Made by a program: the position numbers and the translations under genes. 64,000 nucleotides of DNA from Chiloscyllium plagiosum (lineage: Eukaryota), in the NCBI RefSeq assembly GCF_004010195.1, contig NC_057728.1, positions 50,102,892 to 50,166,891 on the forward strand. Direction: 5' to 3'. Positions 51,491-64,000 of the stretch are shown here, piece by piece. How positions within the stretch are numbered: the stretch's first letter is position 1; each line of letters begins with the position of its first letter. The notes beneath the pieces are model-generated. The model ran no database searches, was not told where the DNA came from, and saw nothing but the letters and a program-made list of their open reading frames with translations.

Positions 51491-52577
51491 CTCAAGGAGA
51501 TCAGAGGGCAGGTGGTCACTTCCCCAGGTTTCACTGCCATGATCTCGTCCAAAGACTTTGGTTTAAAGAGATCCCTAAAGACGGGGTGGTGTGTGGATAG
51601 CAGGAATTAGTTTATATTCATTCATGGGATGAGGGTGTCATTGGCCAAACCAGCATTTATTCCATTCTTCATTACCTAGAGGGCAGCTAAGAGTCAATCA
51701 TGTTACTATGGGGGGTCTGGAGTTACATGTAGGACAGACCAGACCAGATAAGGGCAGGGCAGATTCCTCCTCTGAAGGACATTAGTGAACCAGATGAGAT
51801 TTTGCAACAATCGACAACATTTGCACAGTCATCATTAGACTTGTAGTTCCAGGTTTTTATTGGATTCGAATTCCACCATCTGCTACGGCAGGATTCTAAC
51901 TCCAGCGCTCAGAACATTACTTGGGCCTCTGGATTAACAGTCCAGCAATAATACTACTCGGCTATGGAATGTGAAAGGAGTTCTAGAGACCTGGCCCTCT
52001 GAGCTGAGTGAATAGCCACCAATGTTGGGATGAAAGGAGTAGGGCTCTGTGTTGATAGGGTGCTTTTGGTCTTAGTGCTACACTCCTTAAGATACATGCA
52101 ACAGAGTAGGTGGCCTAATTGGTCTTTTCCTGTCTGGCCATTTTGCCCGGCCTCTTGCTCGTATTTTCCTGCATCTTCCAATTGCAGTGATGAAGTGACA
52201 GGTTCCGTTTCTCATTTTGACCAGCTTTGTTTGCACAATGTCACCGATGCTGATTTCTACAGATTGCAGCTCAAACTTCGATCTGCCAATCTGCAGCCCC
52301 TTTTATTACTTTGATGAAAGGTCTTCACTATGAAAGCTATCTTAATGAAAAGATATGATTCTGCAATAAAGGGGATAAAAAGAGAAGAAAACCAAGGAAA
52401 ATGTGTGAATGTCATCTCTGATCTCTGCCTTTACATTTTTAAAATTAATTTATGGGATGTGAGCATTCACAAAGGCCAGTATTTATTTCACAAGCCTCCT
52501 GTTACAATCTCTTATAGACTGACAACTTCCAAAAAGAGATATGAATTTTCATGGAGCCATCATGATGTGACACAATG

Positions 52578-52682
52578 CGGTGTAGTGGTGGAGTCCTTAC
52601 ACTGAGATCAGAGTGCGCCTGGGTTCAAGCCCCACCTGCTCGAGGGGTGTGTAATAACACCTCTAAACAGGCTGATTAGAAA
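52578..52682 (+). mobile_element. Short tRNA-derived SINE (reverse copies at ~27095-27200 and in duplication copy B)
   Basis: ggtgtagtgg A box, gggttcaagcccc B box, tail aacaggctgattagaa. Confidence 0.55.
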
Positions 52683-53221
52683 GTTGGGTGCAAGATTTCA
52701 CATCTTAAGACTTTTTATTGTAACAGATACACTAAAACTCAACATTGCCTAAGCATGGAGAGAAAGCGAGGACTGCAGGTGCTGGAGATCAGTCAAAAGG
52801 TGTTGTCTAAGCATTACTTACAATCAACTTAATAGATTAAAATATTGTACAGAAAGTTATTCTCTATTCACTTCTTAACAGAATTGAAAACTCAACAACA
52901 TATTGGAGAGTATATGCCATGAATAGGGGATTATTACCCACCCATCCCTGCCATGCTTTTCTTAAATCAACGCTTGTTTCGTTGCTCAGATTTTGTTGAA
53001 GTTTTCTAATACAGGCTGCTCCCAATTTGCGAACGTCTAACTAATGTTCATTTCCACTTCCGAGATGTGATTCCACACATGGGTGTAATTTTAAAGATCC
53101 TACGTAAGAACATTTCCTGCACTAACCAATAGCTGCTTTATATTGTCCTGCATTGCGTTCCCATTTGCAAACAAATCGCTTTGCAAACAGAGTCCAGAAC
53201 GGAACACGACTGCAACCCAGG

Positions 53222-53817
53222 TGTAATGGGGTTCACCAGGTGGATCTCACAGAGTATCAGTTCCCTGACTGAGGCTGTTAACCTGGTCCAATCAGGGAGC
53301 CCTGGCTGACAGCTATAAACAGGATTGTCCACCCAGGTGTTTTCCTATCTTCCTAGTAGTGGAATTTGAATAAAGATTCGTGCACTTTGTGTCTTTCACT
53401 GTGTCTCACACCTGCACACACACACCATGGGTGCTGGGGATAAAATAAGCACTACCACACTTAGGTGGTAGTGTGGGGGAAGAAAAGAAAAAAAAATAAA
53501 TAAACAGGAGTGTCCACCCAGGTGTTTTCCTATCTTCCTGGTGGTGGAATTTGAATAAAGATTCGTGCACTTTGTGTCTTTCACTGTGTCTCACACCTGC
53601 ACACACACACCATGGGTGCTGGGGAAAAAAAAAATAAGCACGACTGCACTTAGGTGGTAGTGTGGGGGTTAAAATAAAAAAAAAATAAACAGGAGTGTCA
53701 GGAGTTCTGTTCACTCTGAGAGCTGGCTCCAAGGAGCCAGACCAGTGTCAAGTACTGTGCACGTGTAAGTAAAGGGTGACTTGGTAACGGAATATCGGCC
53801 TCTCTGGAGTTATTTCA
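53222..53817 (+). mobile_element. Solo LTR (TG...CA) with CCAAT and TATA boxes, interrupted by a tandem retro-insertion
   Basis: tgtaatgggg...ccaatcaggg...tataaa...agtaaa...ttatttca; TSD unclear. Confidence 0.6.
53316..53699 (+). repeat. Two tandem 185-bp copies of a poly(A)-tailed retroelement 3' end
   Basis: taaacagga(t/g)tgtc at 53316, 53501 and 53686; each unit has aataaa, a hairpin and an A-rich tail. Confidence 0.88.
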
Positions 53818-54949
53818 TCGGGACTACCTGGACTATTTTTGGTTTGAGAGTCCCTCGTATTGTTATTCATCCAAAGCAGTAAAGTTGTTAATTTGTACGA
53901 AGTTTTGGTTTGCTCTAACCAATTACTTTCTCCATTTGTAATTTCTTTCAGCAAACCAGGGTGACCAGAAACGTGATTAGAGAGACGAGTTAAAAGCAGA
54001 GGGGGTGAGGGGGGTTTAATATCAAAAACAGTAATTCTTCTGCATGCAAAAAAAAAGCCTCTTGATATTCCCTTGCCCTGCTGGGAAGGAATTTGTGAGT
54101 TACTTTGGAGATCAGTTTTTGGCGTTTCTCACACGATGTTGAAACGTTAATTAGTGACACCTCTCATGATTGAGTGATACAGAGGGTGCAGGCAGCAATA
54201 GACAAACTGCATTTGCCTACTCAAAGAATTTTGTTTCAGTTTTGATTTCAGTTCAAGATTTCTCTGTTTCGTGAAGGGCTGTTTTCCATAAACGTGACAG
54301 AGATGCTGAGGTTTGTGTGAGATTAATTTCAAAAAAGATCTGATTTGCATCTGGCTTGTTATCTGAGCTGACCTAATCCAGATGTGCTTGGTCTATCTGA
54401 AAACACTTCTGTTTGTAAACCATCCATGTAACAGACACAGCTGGAGTTGGAAACAGATGAAATGAAAAGCTTGAATCTAAAGTATTTATGACTAATATGT
54501 CCAGCTGGGATAAAGCTTGAAGTCATGTGAAAAACAAAACATGTTGTACAACAAATTTGCAGGTTGACTGGACAGAGCATGCATCACATCTGGGATTAGA
54601 ACACAGCAGCAAAGATTATGCTTTGCCATACAACTGAAATTTCCGTTGATGTGGTCGTCCCTGAGGGAGTGCTCACAGACCACAAATTCAAAAGCAGCCC
54701 TGTTGCCCTCTCAAATATTAATAGAAAATCCCATTTCAGATAACAGTTCGAGTTCTCCCCAGTCATGCCAAATATTCATCCCTAAACCAGCAAAAATGGA
54801 TGATTTAGTCATTTACATGTTGAAGTTAATGGGTGCTTGCTATGCCAAAATGGGATTCCAAATTTTTGACATTACCACAGTGCCAGTACTTTGACAGTAT
54901 TTCATTGCTTACAACCTACTTGGAGATATGTGCTATTCAAATGCTTTGT

Positions 54950-56150
54950 TTTAATTCATTTAAGAGATAAGGCGTCACTAGTTGGGCCAGCATTTATTAC
55001 CCATCCCTAATTGCCCTGGGAAAGATGGTGGTGAGCCGCCTTCTTGAACTGCTACAGACTTTAAGGTATAGTCAAACTCATTGTCCTGTTAGGGAGGGTG
55101 TGCCAGGATTTGGAGTCAGCAGCACTGAAGGAATGGTGATATAATTCCAAGTCAGGATGATGAGTAGTTTGGGGGGAGCGGTGTTTGAATTTGCAAGTGA
55201 TGCTGTTCCCATATATCGGCTGCACTTGACCATCTAGATGGTAGAGGTCATGGGTACTGACTAAGGAGCCCTAGTGAATTGCTGCAGTGCATTTTGTAAA
55301 TGGTACACACAGCTGCTACTGAGTGTTAATGGTAGAAGCAATGAAGATTTGTAGATGTGGTGCCAAACAAGTGATCCGCTTAGTCCTAGATGATGTTAAG
55401 CTTCTTGAGCGTTGTTGGAACTGCACCTATCCAGGCAGGTGGGGAGTATTCCATCACAGATCTGTGTTGTTCCTTGTGAATAATGACCAGCCTTTGGGGT
55501 GTCAGAACATGTTGCTGCAAGATTCCTAGCCTCTGACACATTGTTGTGACCACAGAATTTATATATCTAGTCCAGTTCAGCTTCAGGTCAATGTGAACCC
55601 CCAGGATGCTGATAGTTGGGAATTCAGTAATTGTAAATCCATTGAAATTCAAGAGGTGATGATTAGATTCTCTTTTTTTGGAGATGGTCATTACCTAGCA
55701 CTTATGTGTGGCATGAATATTACTTGTCACTTGTTAGCACAAGTCTGGATGGTTTTCAGATCATTTTGCAAATGATCATGAGCTTCTTCAGTATCTGAGA
55801 AAGTGGAGGTGGTGCTGAACGTTAGGCAATCATCCATGAATACCCTTGATGTCAAGGGCAATCAATCTCACCTCACCTCTGGAATTCAGTGCTTTTGTCC
55901 ATGTTTGAACCAAGATTGTAATGAGGTCAAGAACTCAGTGGTCCTGGTGGAATCCAAGCTGGGTGTTAGTGAGCAAATGACTTTGCAAGTGCCACTTGAT
56001 AGCACTGTCAATGACACCTTACTTTACTGATGATCGAATGTAGGCCGATGGGATGATAACTGGCCAGATTGGATTTGTCCTGCTTTTTGTGCACAGGATG
56101 TACCATGGCAATTTTCCACATTGCACAATAGATGCCAGTTTTGTGTAGAT
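54950..56150 (-). mobile_element. L2/CR1-group LINE (second family) 3' fragment with internal deletion
   Basis: ILGVHIDLKLNWTRYINSV..RLGIL..RSVMEYSPPAWIGA; WKIAMVHPVHKKQDKSN. Confidence 0.8.
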
Positions 56151-57349
56151 CAAAGGGTTTCATGAAACTCCTCAGAGCAATAAAAGTGAAGATTGGCATC
56201 GGTCAACAGAGGGAATGATGGCTCATTGCTCTGTGAGAGTCTCTGTGGCCAGTAATCCCTCCTGGGATTGAGGGGAAAGACTGCCCTATGCCCCATGCCG
56301 AGTTGCTGTGAATCTGGGAAAGAAGCTATCCACTCCCCCAGAGTGACTGTTGACTGGGGTGGGACAGTTGGGGAGGGTGAACTATCCCCACGACACTCAA
56401 AAACACATCTCACTGCAAAGTTGGAAGGGCCATGAGTCAGAACCCATGGCGTGTGCTAACCCAGCCACCCTGTTTCATTATATACAACAATGTATACTGT
56501 GGTTACAAGATCACATTGAAGGCTAGGAATTTCATAGATAGGATCTCATCCCTTGATATACTGAACCTTGTCTTGGAACTACATGGTGGTATAATGAGAG
56601 TCACGTAAATTATGGTGATGCAGCTGATCACATGACTCTGACAGCAATAAGAGAGAAGAAATCAGAGACTCGAATAAATAGGTGAAGCAGAACACAATGT
56701 ATTTTCTTTTCAACGACTCCCCTTGAGGGTAATTCTTTGATTCTTGGAAGCTATATTTTGTTTTGGGGGGCATTTTGTTGGTTTTCAGGTGCTTCTTTTC
56801 CATTCTCACTAACTCCTTTGTTACGTGATGTGATTACATTGTAATTGTATTTTCATTTTGTGGCGTTTGGAAATGCACAGAAGCCAAATTGGACAAATTC
56901 ATCGTTAAACTCAATCAAAATCAACCCCATTAATCCCAAAGCCACAACACATGAATAAATCTATCATTTCCAAAATACCAGAGGATTTAAATCCATACGA
57001 ACATTAGGTATTAATTGGTACAGGTTTATTTTTCAGAATTATTGATATGTATTTCTACACATAAAAAAGTCACCATAAACACACATTTAACAGATTGGTA
57101 TGGTCACAGCTAATGCAGTTCCAGCGTATATTCGCAAAGCAGGAATATTTTACCTATGCAGTTTTATTTTTTAAGTTTTACTGAATCTCAGTGTAGAATC
57201 TACTAAAAGTCTCCCCCATAGAGTCACTCCTAAACACGTACAGCTTTAAGCTGCAGACATATGCATTACCTCGGTAATTTCATGTTTTTCTAGCTCCCAG
57301 TTACCTGAGTGCTCCTTTATTAATAAATTTGTTCTCTCTTCTTTACAAC

Positions 57350-57905
57350 TTGGTTCTATTTTCCTCTCCCTTACAAAATCCCCCTCTCTCCCACATACCC
57401 CTTGTGACCTCCGTCTATGTCTTTCTCTCTCTCTCTCTTTCTCTCTCACTGACTCCTTTGCTGCCTGTCTCTAATATCAGTTCCCATGAAAACATCTTGT
57501 CTCTCAGAGCCCTTGCTCCCCACAATTCTCCTCCCCATACACTGCGGCCCTCTCCAGGCCTACCTACCTCTCACCCATTTTCAACCCCTTCCATTTTCAC
57601 CCTGTGTCCTTGCAGCTATCCCACACCCCCACGCTTTCACACAGCTCCCTACCAGATCTCCATCTCCCTGAGAACCCTTGTGGTCCTCTTGTTTTCCCAA
57701 TCCCTTTGCACACACCCGTCTCCCCCGGCCCTCTTCTGGACCCTGTGTCCTATCAGCCTGGCCCCCTTTTGTCTCCTCATTTCCCCTAACCTCTTTATGG
57801 GCCTTGCACTAACTGCTGCTGGACTTGACCCCAGTATTCCTCCACCAACTGCTCCAACCCCTGCCCCATCTCCCAGATCCTGGCTTCTAGCTTCTCCAAT
57901 CGCTC
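57350..57905. repeat. Pyrimidine-rich low-complexity tract
   Basis: Strong C/T strand bias, including (ct)n. Confidence 0.6.
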
Positions 57906-59709
57906 TGTCACTGTTGGTGCACTGGCTGCTCTCGCCCTATGTTTGTTGCTGGTCGAATCAATGTAAACCTATCAACAATCTCACTCTTACTTCCATTACG
58001 GGAACTCCTTTTCTCTCTCTGGTTGCCCAGTCAGTGAATTTTCCCCGGGTGATTTCCCAGGGACTATCGGGATGGATTCTCCATCCAACGTCCCCCCATG
58101 AGTTTTGAATGTTGTGTAGAGTACTGTCTTAGACACTATGCTAGAGAGCTGTATTTGAGAATCTGCTGTGTGAAGATGTAAATAAGGAAATGTAACAGTG
58201 TATAAGGAGTCGAAGAGCTTGACATGAAGATAAGTAATAAGCAACCTCAGGGGCAAACACCTACAGACCAAGACAATCCGAACTGGTATCTCAACATGCA
58301 GGTAGGCACTATTGGCCTAAAACGTATCTGATATAAATACACAAAATAAAACATCTATCACCATTCCTTCACAGTAATGGATCAAAACCTTTGAGTTTCC
58401 CCATCATGCTCCCGTGGGCATTGGTTAGAGAAGGTGGCTCAGCATTACCTTCACAAGGTCAGTTAGGGCTGGACTGCAAATGCCCACATCCCTAGCTTGA
58501 ACTAAAATAAAAATATGCCGCTCTCAAAAATGATGCAGAAATACATATTGCATATTTTCTCTGCATAGTACATGACCATGTATACACTGAAGAAGCAAAA
58601 TTGTAAAGGAACTAAGTGCGTCTTCATCTGAATTAATCTTGCAGTTGAGCAGCAAGAAATATAATGTAGATAGTATAATCCCACTCATATTGTAAACTAA
58701 ATTGATACTAGCTGCAAAGATGTATCTCTGACACGATCAGCTTAGCAGAGTCTAGACATGCTGGATAAGGAAGTAGGAATCGATATTCCACAGCTCCAAT
58801 TGATTGCACATTCAGTGAGATATTGCTTACCCTGCAGGAATCTCTGATTTAATTATTTTCTTTGAGAAAAAAAATTGCTATCTATCGTTGAGCTGAGGAA
58901 GCAAGGAGATTTTAACAGGAGTTTATCAAAGGGTGTTACCATTCACTGGAGAGCAAAGGTAGAACGCCGATGGCAGTCCAGCTTATGAAAAGTCAATAAG
59001 GCTGGAGATGTCGATGGGAAATGGAGGTTTCATTCATTCTGAACTTTTTGCCTTCAGTTTGAAGTTGCAGGAAATTGAGGGACCAGCTCAGGATCCCAAG
59101 ATCAAGCTGATCATCCCAATTAATTCTTCTTATCTGCGCATCGCTTACAACGTGATGCTGAAAGATTTGCTCTGAACTCCTACCGATTACAGGACTATTG
59201 ATCAGGTGTCAAACAGTAATTAAGCACATGGTCCTGACATTCCAGTCAAGTTAACAGTGAGGCTGACAGTTTAATTATGCAGCAACCTCATGAAAGGGGC
59301 AGATTCCTTCCCAGCATCAATTCAGAAGTCCAAAGGCTGATGTGAAAAGTTCCACTGTTAGATTCACAAAACTGCATCTTGTTGGTTTGCATCACAGTTA
59401 CAATCAATTGGCCGGCGTGCATTGGTATACTTATTCCACAGATGCAAAGCAGACTTCTTGCAGAAAATCGAATCTCGTCCCTTTCAGTCCAAATGCTGTC
59501 TTAACAGTACCATAGCCGTTAATTATTCTCAATCGACCTCTCTGGTACTGAAAACTAGGCATGATAAGTGTGGAGTCTCATTCCTCCAGTTTTATTGCAA
59601 TTGATGATTTTAAAATGGCCAAATTCAAAATTAAATTTCCTTTCCTGTCTTTTTCCTTTCCTTTTCTACTTTTTTTTTAAAAGATGAGTACTTGAAATAC
59701 AATGCAACA

Positions 59710-59995
59710 ACTCTAGAGGGCATAGGTTTAGGGTGAGAGGCGAAAAATTTAAAAGGGATCTAAGGGGCAACTTTTTCACGCAGAGGGTAGAGTGTTTGTA
59801 AGGAATGAGTTGCCAGAGGAAGTGGTGGAGGCTGGTACAATTACAACATTTAAAAGGCATCTGGATGGAAGGCTTTAGAAGGATAGGGCTGGCTGCTGGC
59901 AAATGGGACTAGATTAGGTTTGGATATCTGGTCGGTATGGACGAGTTGGACTGAAGGGTCTGTTTCTGTGCTGTACTTTTCTATGACTCTATGAT
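59710..59995 (+). mobile_element. CR1 LINE 3' fragment
   Basis: ctagagggcataggtttagggtgagagg...ctatgactctatga. Confidence 0.88.
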
Positions 59996-61309
59996 TTTAT
60001 AAGTCACCAAGGCCCCTTTGACAGCAACTCCCAAACTCCTGAGCTCATCCACCCACAAGTGAAAGGTCAGCAGACTCGTTGGAATACCATTCCTTTGAAG
60101 TACCCTTCTGAACTACACATACTTTTGACTTCAAACTATAGCAGCCTTTTCTTCATTGTTGCTGGGTCAAAATCTTGACACTACATCTCTAAGAAAGGAG
60201 TCAGATACAATAGGAGCATTCAAGAGACTTTTAGATAAACACATGAATATGCAAGGCTGGAGGAATACAGACCAAGGGCAAACAGAAGGGATTAATTTAA
60301 TTAGGCAAACATTTGTGGCACAACGTCATAAGCCTAAGGGCTTGTTCCAGTGCTGTACTGTTCTATGTTCTCAGAGCATGGTGGGTGTTGTTACATCAGA
60401 CGAACTGTTGAAGTTCAAGAAGCCAACTTATTTTTTATATATACCTGGTATGTCCCCTGGCATGGATAAGTAATCTTTAACAAGTGCCTAAAAGTACTGT
60501 GGACACTCTGTTTGAAATGTTGCTTGAGGAATGTACAACTTACAGCTCACAACTGGTTCCTTTGTATTTGTTGGCCACTTTTAATGTTCATGGTATCATA
60601 TGTCATTTAGCAAAATTAGGCCCATGTAATTGAAATACACAGGAAAATATTCCTGCCATTTACTCAGCTCTATATGGTTGCTGGCCTAATCAATTTTTAC
60701 CCCGAGGAGGCTTCCCCTATCCGAAGTCATCAGGATTGGATATTTCATGCCCCAATGATAAGACCACAAGATGTGAGGCTAAAACCATAACCATGAATAG
60801 TCCCCTCCACCTCAGCCCTCAAAGCCTCAATGTTACTGAAGGTCAATGTGCTGAAGAGATATGAGGGCTCAGGTCCTCCGTATGAGCCCTATATCAAAAT
60901 CCCAACATTTCCCAGAAAAGTCCACCCATCATTGTATTGCTGTTTGTGGCAACTTACCACTCTATAATTCTGTAACTTGTACTGTAGCAAATTGCTACAG
61001 AATTTCTGATCTTCCAAGAGTGTCTACATGTTATAGGTCTATTTCACTGTCTGGGAAAAATTTAGGGATATCTAATCATAGGCACACATAACATCATGAG
61101 TTTTCTGCACTCAGTTTCCTGCAACTGAATTGATCTGGTTTCATACTGGAACCCATGTATTTGGGAAATAGTTCTAATGGCAGATAAACAAATCTGTGCA
61201 AGTAGCCAAAGCTCAGCCATAGAGATGCATTTCAAGGAACACTTGTGAACCCACCCACTGAGCAAATAAGCAATCATTGACTACTTCCATTATACCTTAT
61301 ATGGGTTAT

Positions 61310-61548
61310 AACTGGACTGGGGTGGAGAAAGTTACAAATCACACAACACCAGGTTATAGTTCAACAGGTTTATCTGTAAACACGAGCCTTCAGTGTGCTG
61401 CTCCTTCATCAGGTAGCTGTCATCAGCTATCAGATGAAGGAACAGCGCTATGAAAGCTAATGCTTCCAAATAAACCTGTTGGACTATAACCTGATGTATG
61501 ATTTTTAACTTTCTCCACCCCAGTCCAACACCAGCATCTCAACATCAT
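61310..61548. mobile_element. Palindromic mini-element (third PLE-like family) with a decayed hammerhead core on each strand
   Basis: Minus: cctgatgaaggagcagcacactgaaggct. Plus: cagatgaaggaacagcgctatgaaagcta. Long inverted arms. Confidence 0.72.
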
Positions 61549-61622
61549 GGGTACCTTATGTTGGTGCATTGATTTGTAGGGGATTCTGCAACGTGATAAG
61601 AAGTGACAAGCACTGTTATCAC

Positions 61623-61687
61623 TGTGTGTGTGTGTGAGTGTGTGTGTGAGTGTGAGTGTGAGTGAGAGAGAGAGAGAGAGAGAGAGA
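61623..61687. repeat. (TG)n/(GA)n microsatellite
   Basis: Direct reading. Confidence 0.95.
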
Positions 61688-62934
61688 ATAAGGGAGAGCT
61701 CTGAGGGAACAGCATGCCGCATTGTTTGGTTAATCATGGATCATTGATGGATGCAATTTCATACACTTTAACGCCAGAGGGAATTTTAAACAAGATCGAA
61801 CATTGGGGAATTCTCCCTTGTTGAAAAGCTGAAATACACTGAGGTTTTGCATTATCCATAGAGCAGTGTAAACTTTCACTGAAAGAACGTTTCATTCTGA
61901 AACCCCGTGGCTTCTCCAGTACAGGGAAACATAACAGAAATGTGTTTTAACCCTGAATGGCTTGAGAACAACCTTCTATGCAGTTCCATTGTTTCCTTTC
62001 TGTTTGATCTATTGTCAGGAATGGGCAAGTTTTCAACCCCACTGAGGCTGAAGGTTGAAGGCTAGCCCTGGGTGAAGGTGTGAAATGAGGTAGAGGGGGG
62101 AAGTCAGTGGACCATTCCCTTCCTCCAGCCAATTGTATCACAGCCAGGGAGAAACTTCCAACAGCCTGCTCAAGGGCAGCAAGTAGTCAACCTAGTTTTT
62201 GTTTCCTTTATTCTTTTACATGAACATTCACCGGCAAAGTCATTATTTGTAGTCCATCCTATTGCTCCTGAACTGTGTGTCTTCCTCAGCCATTTCAGTC
62301 AACCACATTACTGTAGCTCTGGAGTCACATATAGATCAGCCCAGGAATGGACGGCAGATTCACTTCACTTAAAGTGAACCGGGTTTTCACAACAATCAAT
62401 AATTGTTGTTATGGCCACCATTACAGAGAGTAGCTTCATATTGATTAAATTTCAATTCCACGAGCTGTTATGCTTTGAACCTAGATTGACATAACCTTGT
62501 CTGGGTCTCAGCATTATTCGTCTAGTGACACTATCACTTAGCCATTATCATTTGCCAGGCCATTTCAGAGGATAGATAGGAGTCAACCTAATTGCTGTGG
62601 GTCTGGAGTCCCATGTAGACCTGATCAGGTAAGGATTTCCCTCCCTAAAGGGCATGAGTGAACCAGATGGATATTTATGCCAATCGGTAATTTCCCAGTC
62701 ATCACTGGTGAGGCTAGCTTTCAATTCCAGGCCTTCTTTTCACTCGATTAATTGAAGTTAAATTCCACCAGTTGCCACAATGGGAATTGAAGCTATGTCC
62801 TTGGAGTATTAGTTTGAGCTTCTGAATGTCTAGTCCGGTCCAGTCCAGTCCATTCAGCACCTCACCCAAAATATTTTATTAGAGACATCGTTGGAGTCTT
62901 CCCAGAAGGTGGGAATGCCTCCTGATGATCTTTT

Positions 62935-63262
62935 TTAGATTAGATTTTTTTTAGATTAGATTAGATTACATTACAGTGTGGAAACAGGCCTTTCGGCCCA
63001 ACAAGTCCACACCGCCCCGCCGAAGCGCAACCCACCCATACCCTTACATTTACCCCTTACCTAACACAACGGGCAATTTAGCATGGCCAATTCACCTTAC
63101 CTGCACATCTTTGCACTGTGGGAGGAAACCGGAGCACCCCCGGAGGAAACCCACGCAGACACGAGGAGAACGTGCAAACTCCACACAGTCAGTCGCCTGA
63201 GGCGGGAATTGAACCCGGGTCTCTGGCACTGTGAGGCAGCAGTGCTAACTACTGTGCCACCC
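62935..63262 (-). mobile_element. Young HE1-type V-SINE
   Basis: Reverse complement of 24784-25109; (gatta)n tail. Confidence 0.93.
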
Positions 63263-64000
63263 CTTTATCCAGCTGATACCTGCCAGCAGCTGGATGAGGC
63301 TTCTTATCACCCCCGAACCAGAGTTGCTTATCACAGGTACCACCAAATACCATCCTGTGGGGTGATGTCCACCTTACAGGCATGACCATGTCAGCAGAGG
63401 CCACTGTTTGCACTAAATGAGCAGAAACATTTCCAGCGACCACCTCACGATAGAGATCCCTTCATAATTCCACCGTACAGAAGCAGTGCCAACATTCACC
63501 AACCGGGCTACCTGCCTTCCAAGGCCCTCTGCCCAGGCCTACCATATCAGGAACACACCCTGCCTCCTCCATTCTCAGACGTTTCCCCTGAATTGGCATC
63601 CACTGGGAGATTGCAGCAGGGGGAGAGCAGCCCACAACCAATGCATCCGATCTAAGCCCTGCAGCCCTGGCATATCCAGTTGTACATTGTGGTGGACACC
63701 TAGTCAGATCACTAGAGGAGAAAGAGGCTCCACTAATGTCTCCATTGAGGAGCCCAGTGCGAAAGACACAGCTGAAGTATTTCAAAGTATCTTTAGTGAG
63801 ATAATTCTGGGGAGGTTGGACAGGTTATCTGAACAGGATCAGGACCAACATCATTGTTCTGAAGAAGGGTCACTGCTTTCTTTCCACAAATACTGCTGAG
63901 CTTTCCCAGCAATTTTGGTTTTTGATTCTTGCCTTGAGGTTTGTTGGTGTCATCAAGTCAGATTTAAACTAGATTGGCACAGGGCTGGATCCTGCCTGAT

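Noticed and set aside
57246..57449. Possible minus-strand exon with donor-like GAG|GTAATG and CAG|GTAACT
   Set aside because: No recognisable peptide or acceptor; the ORF derives from (ct)n sequence.
57329..58108. 259-aa Pro/Ser/Leu-rich ORF
   Set aside because: Low-complexity pyrimidine tract depleted of stop codons; no ATG context or domain.
63260..63850. 137-aa and 107-aa ORFs near the window end
   Set aside because: No recognisable domain or splice structure; possibly a decayed repeat that I cannot assign.

Overview
Vertebrate genomic DNA, almost certainly shark (inferred from HE1-type V-SINEs, HER1/CR1 LINEs and Deu-domain SINEs). Most of the window is decayed retroelement sequence: CR1 and L2/CR1-group LINEs, one Rex1/Babar fragment, Penelope-like elements (PLEs), solo LTRs and several tRNA-derived SINE families. 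There are three N gaps. The only host coding sequence I can support is the first coding exon of a Cys-motif synaptotagmin (best recalled match SYT10; minus strand, 17263-17410) in a CpG island, so 1-17262 is probably intron 1 and the rest is upstream sequence. Most other ORFs in the track are repeat-derived. Most interesting observations: (1) about a dozen short, TSD-flanked, fold-back PLE-derived elements of at least three families, carrying minimal hammerhead ribozyme cores, often one on each strand; (2) a strong-context 5-codon uORF whose stop overlaps the synaptotagmin start codon; (3) an unexplained 1.2 kb element with ~175 bp inverted arms; (4) a 33-bp minisatellite expanded from inside a Deu-SINE; (5) several local templated or tandem duplications. 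Family names come from recalled motifs, not database searches, and most repeat boundaries are approximate.
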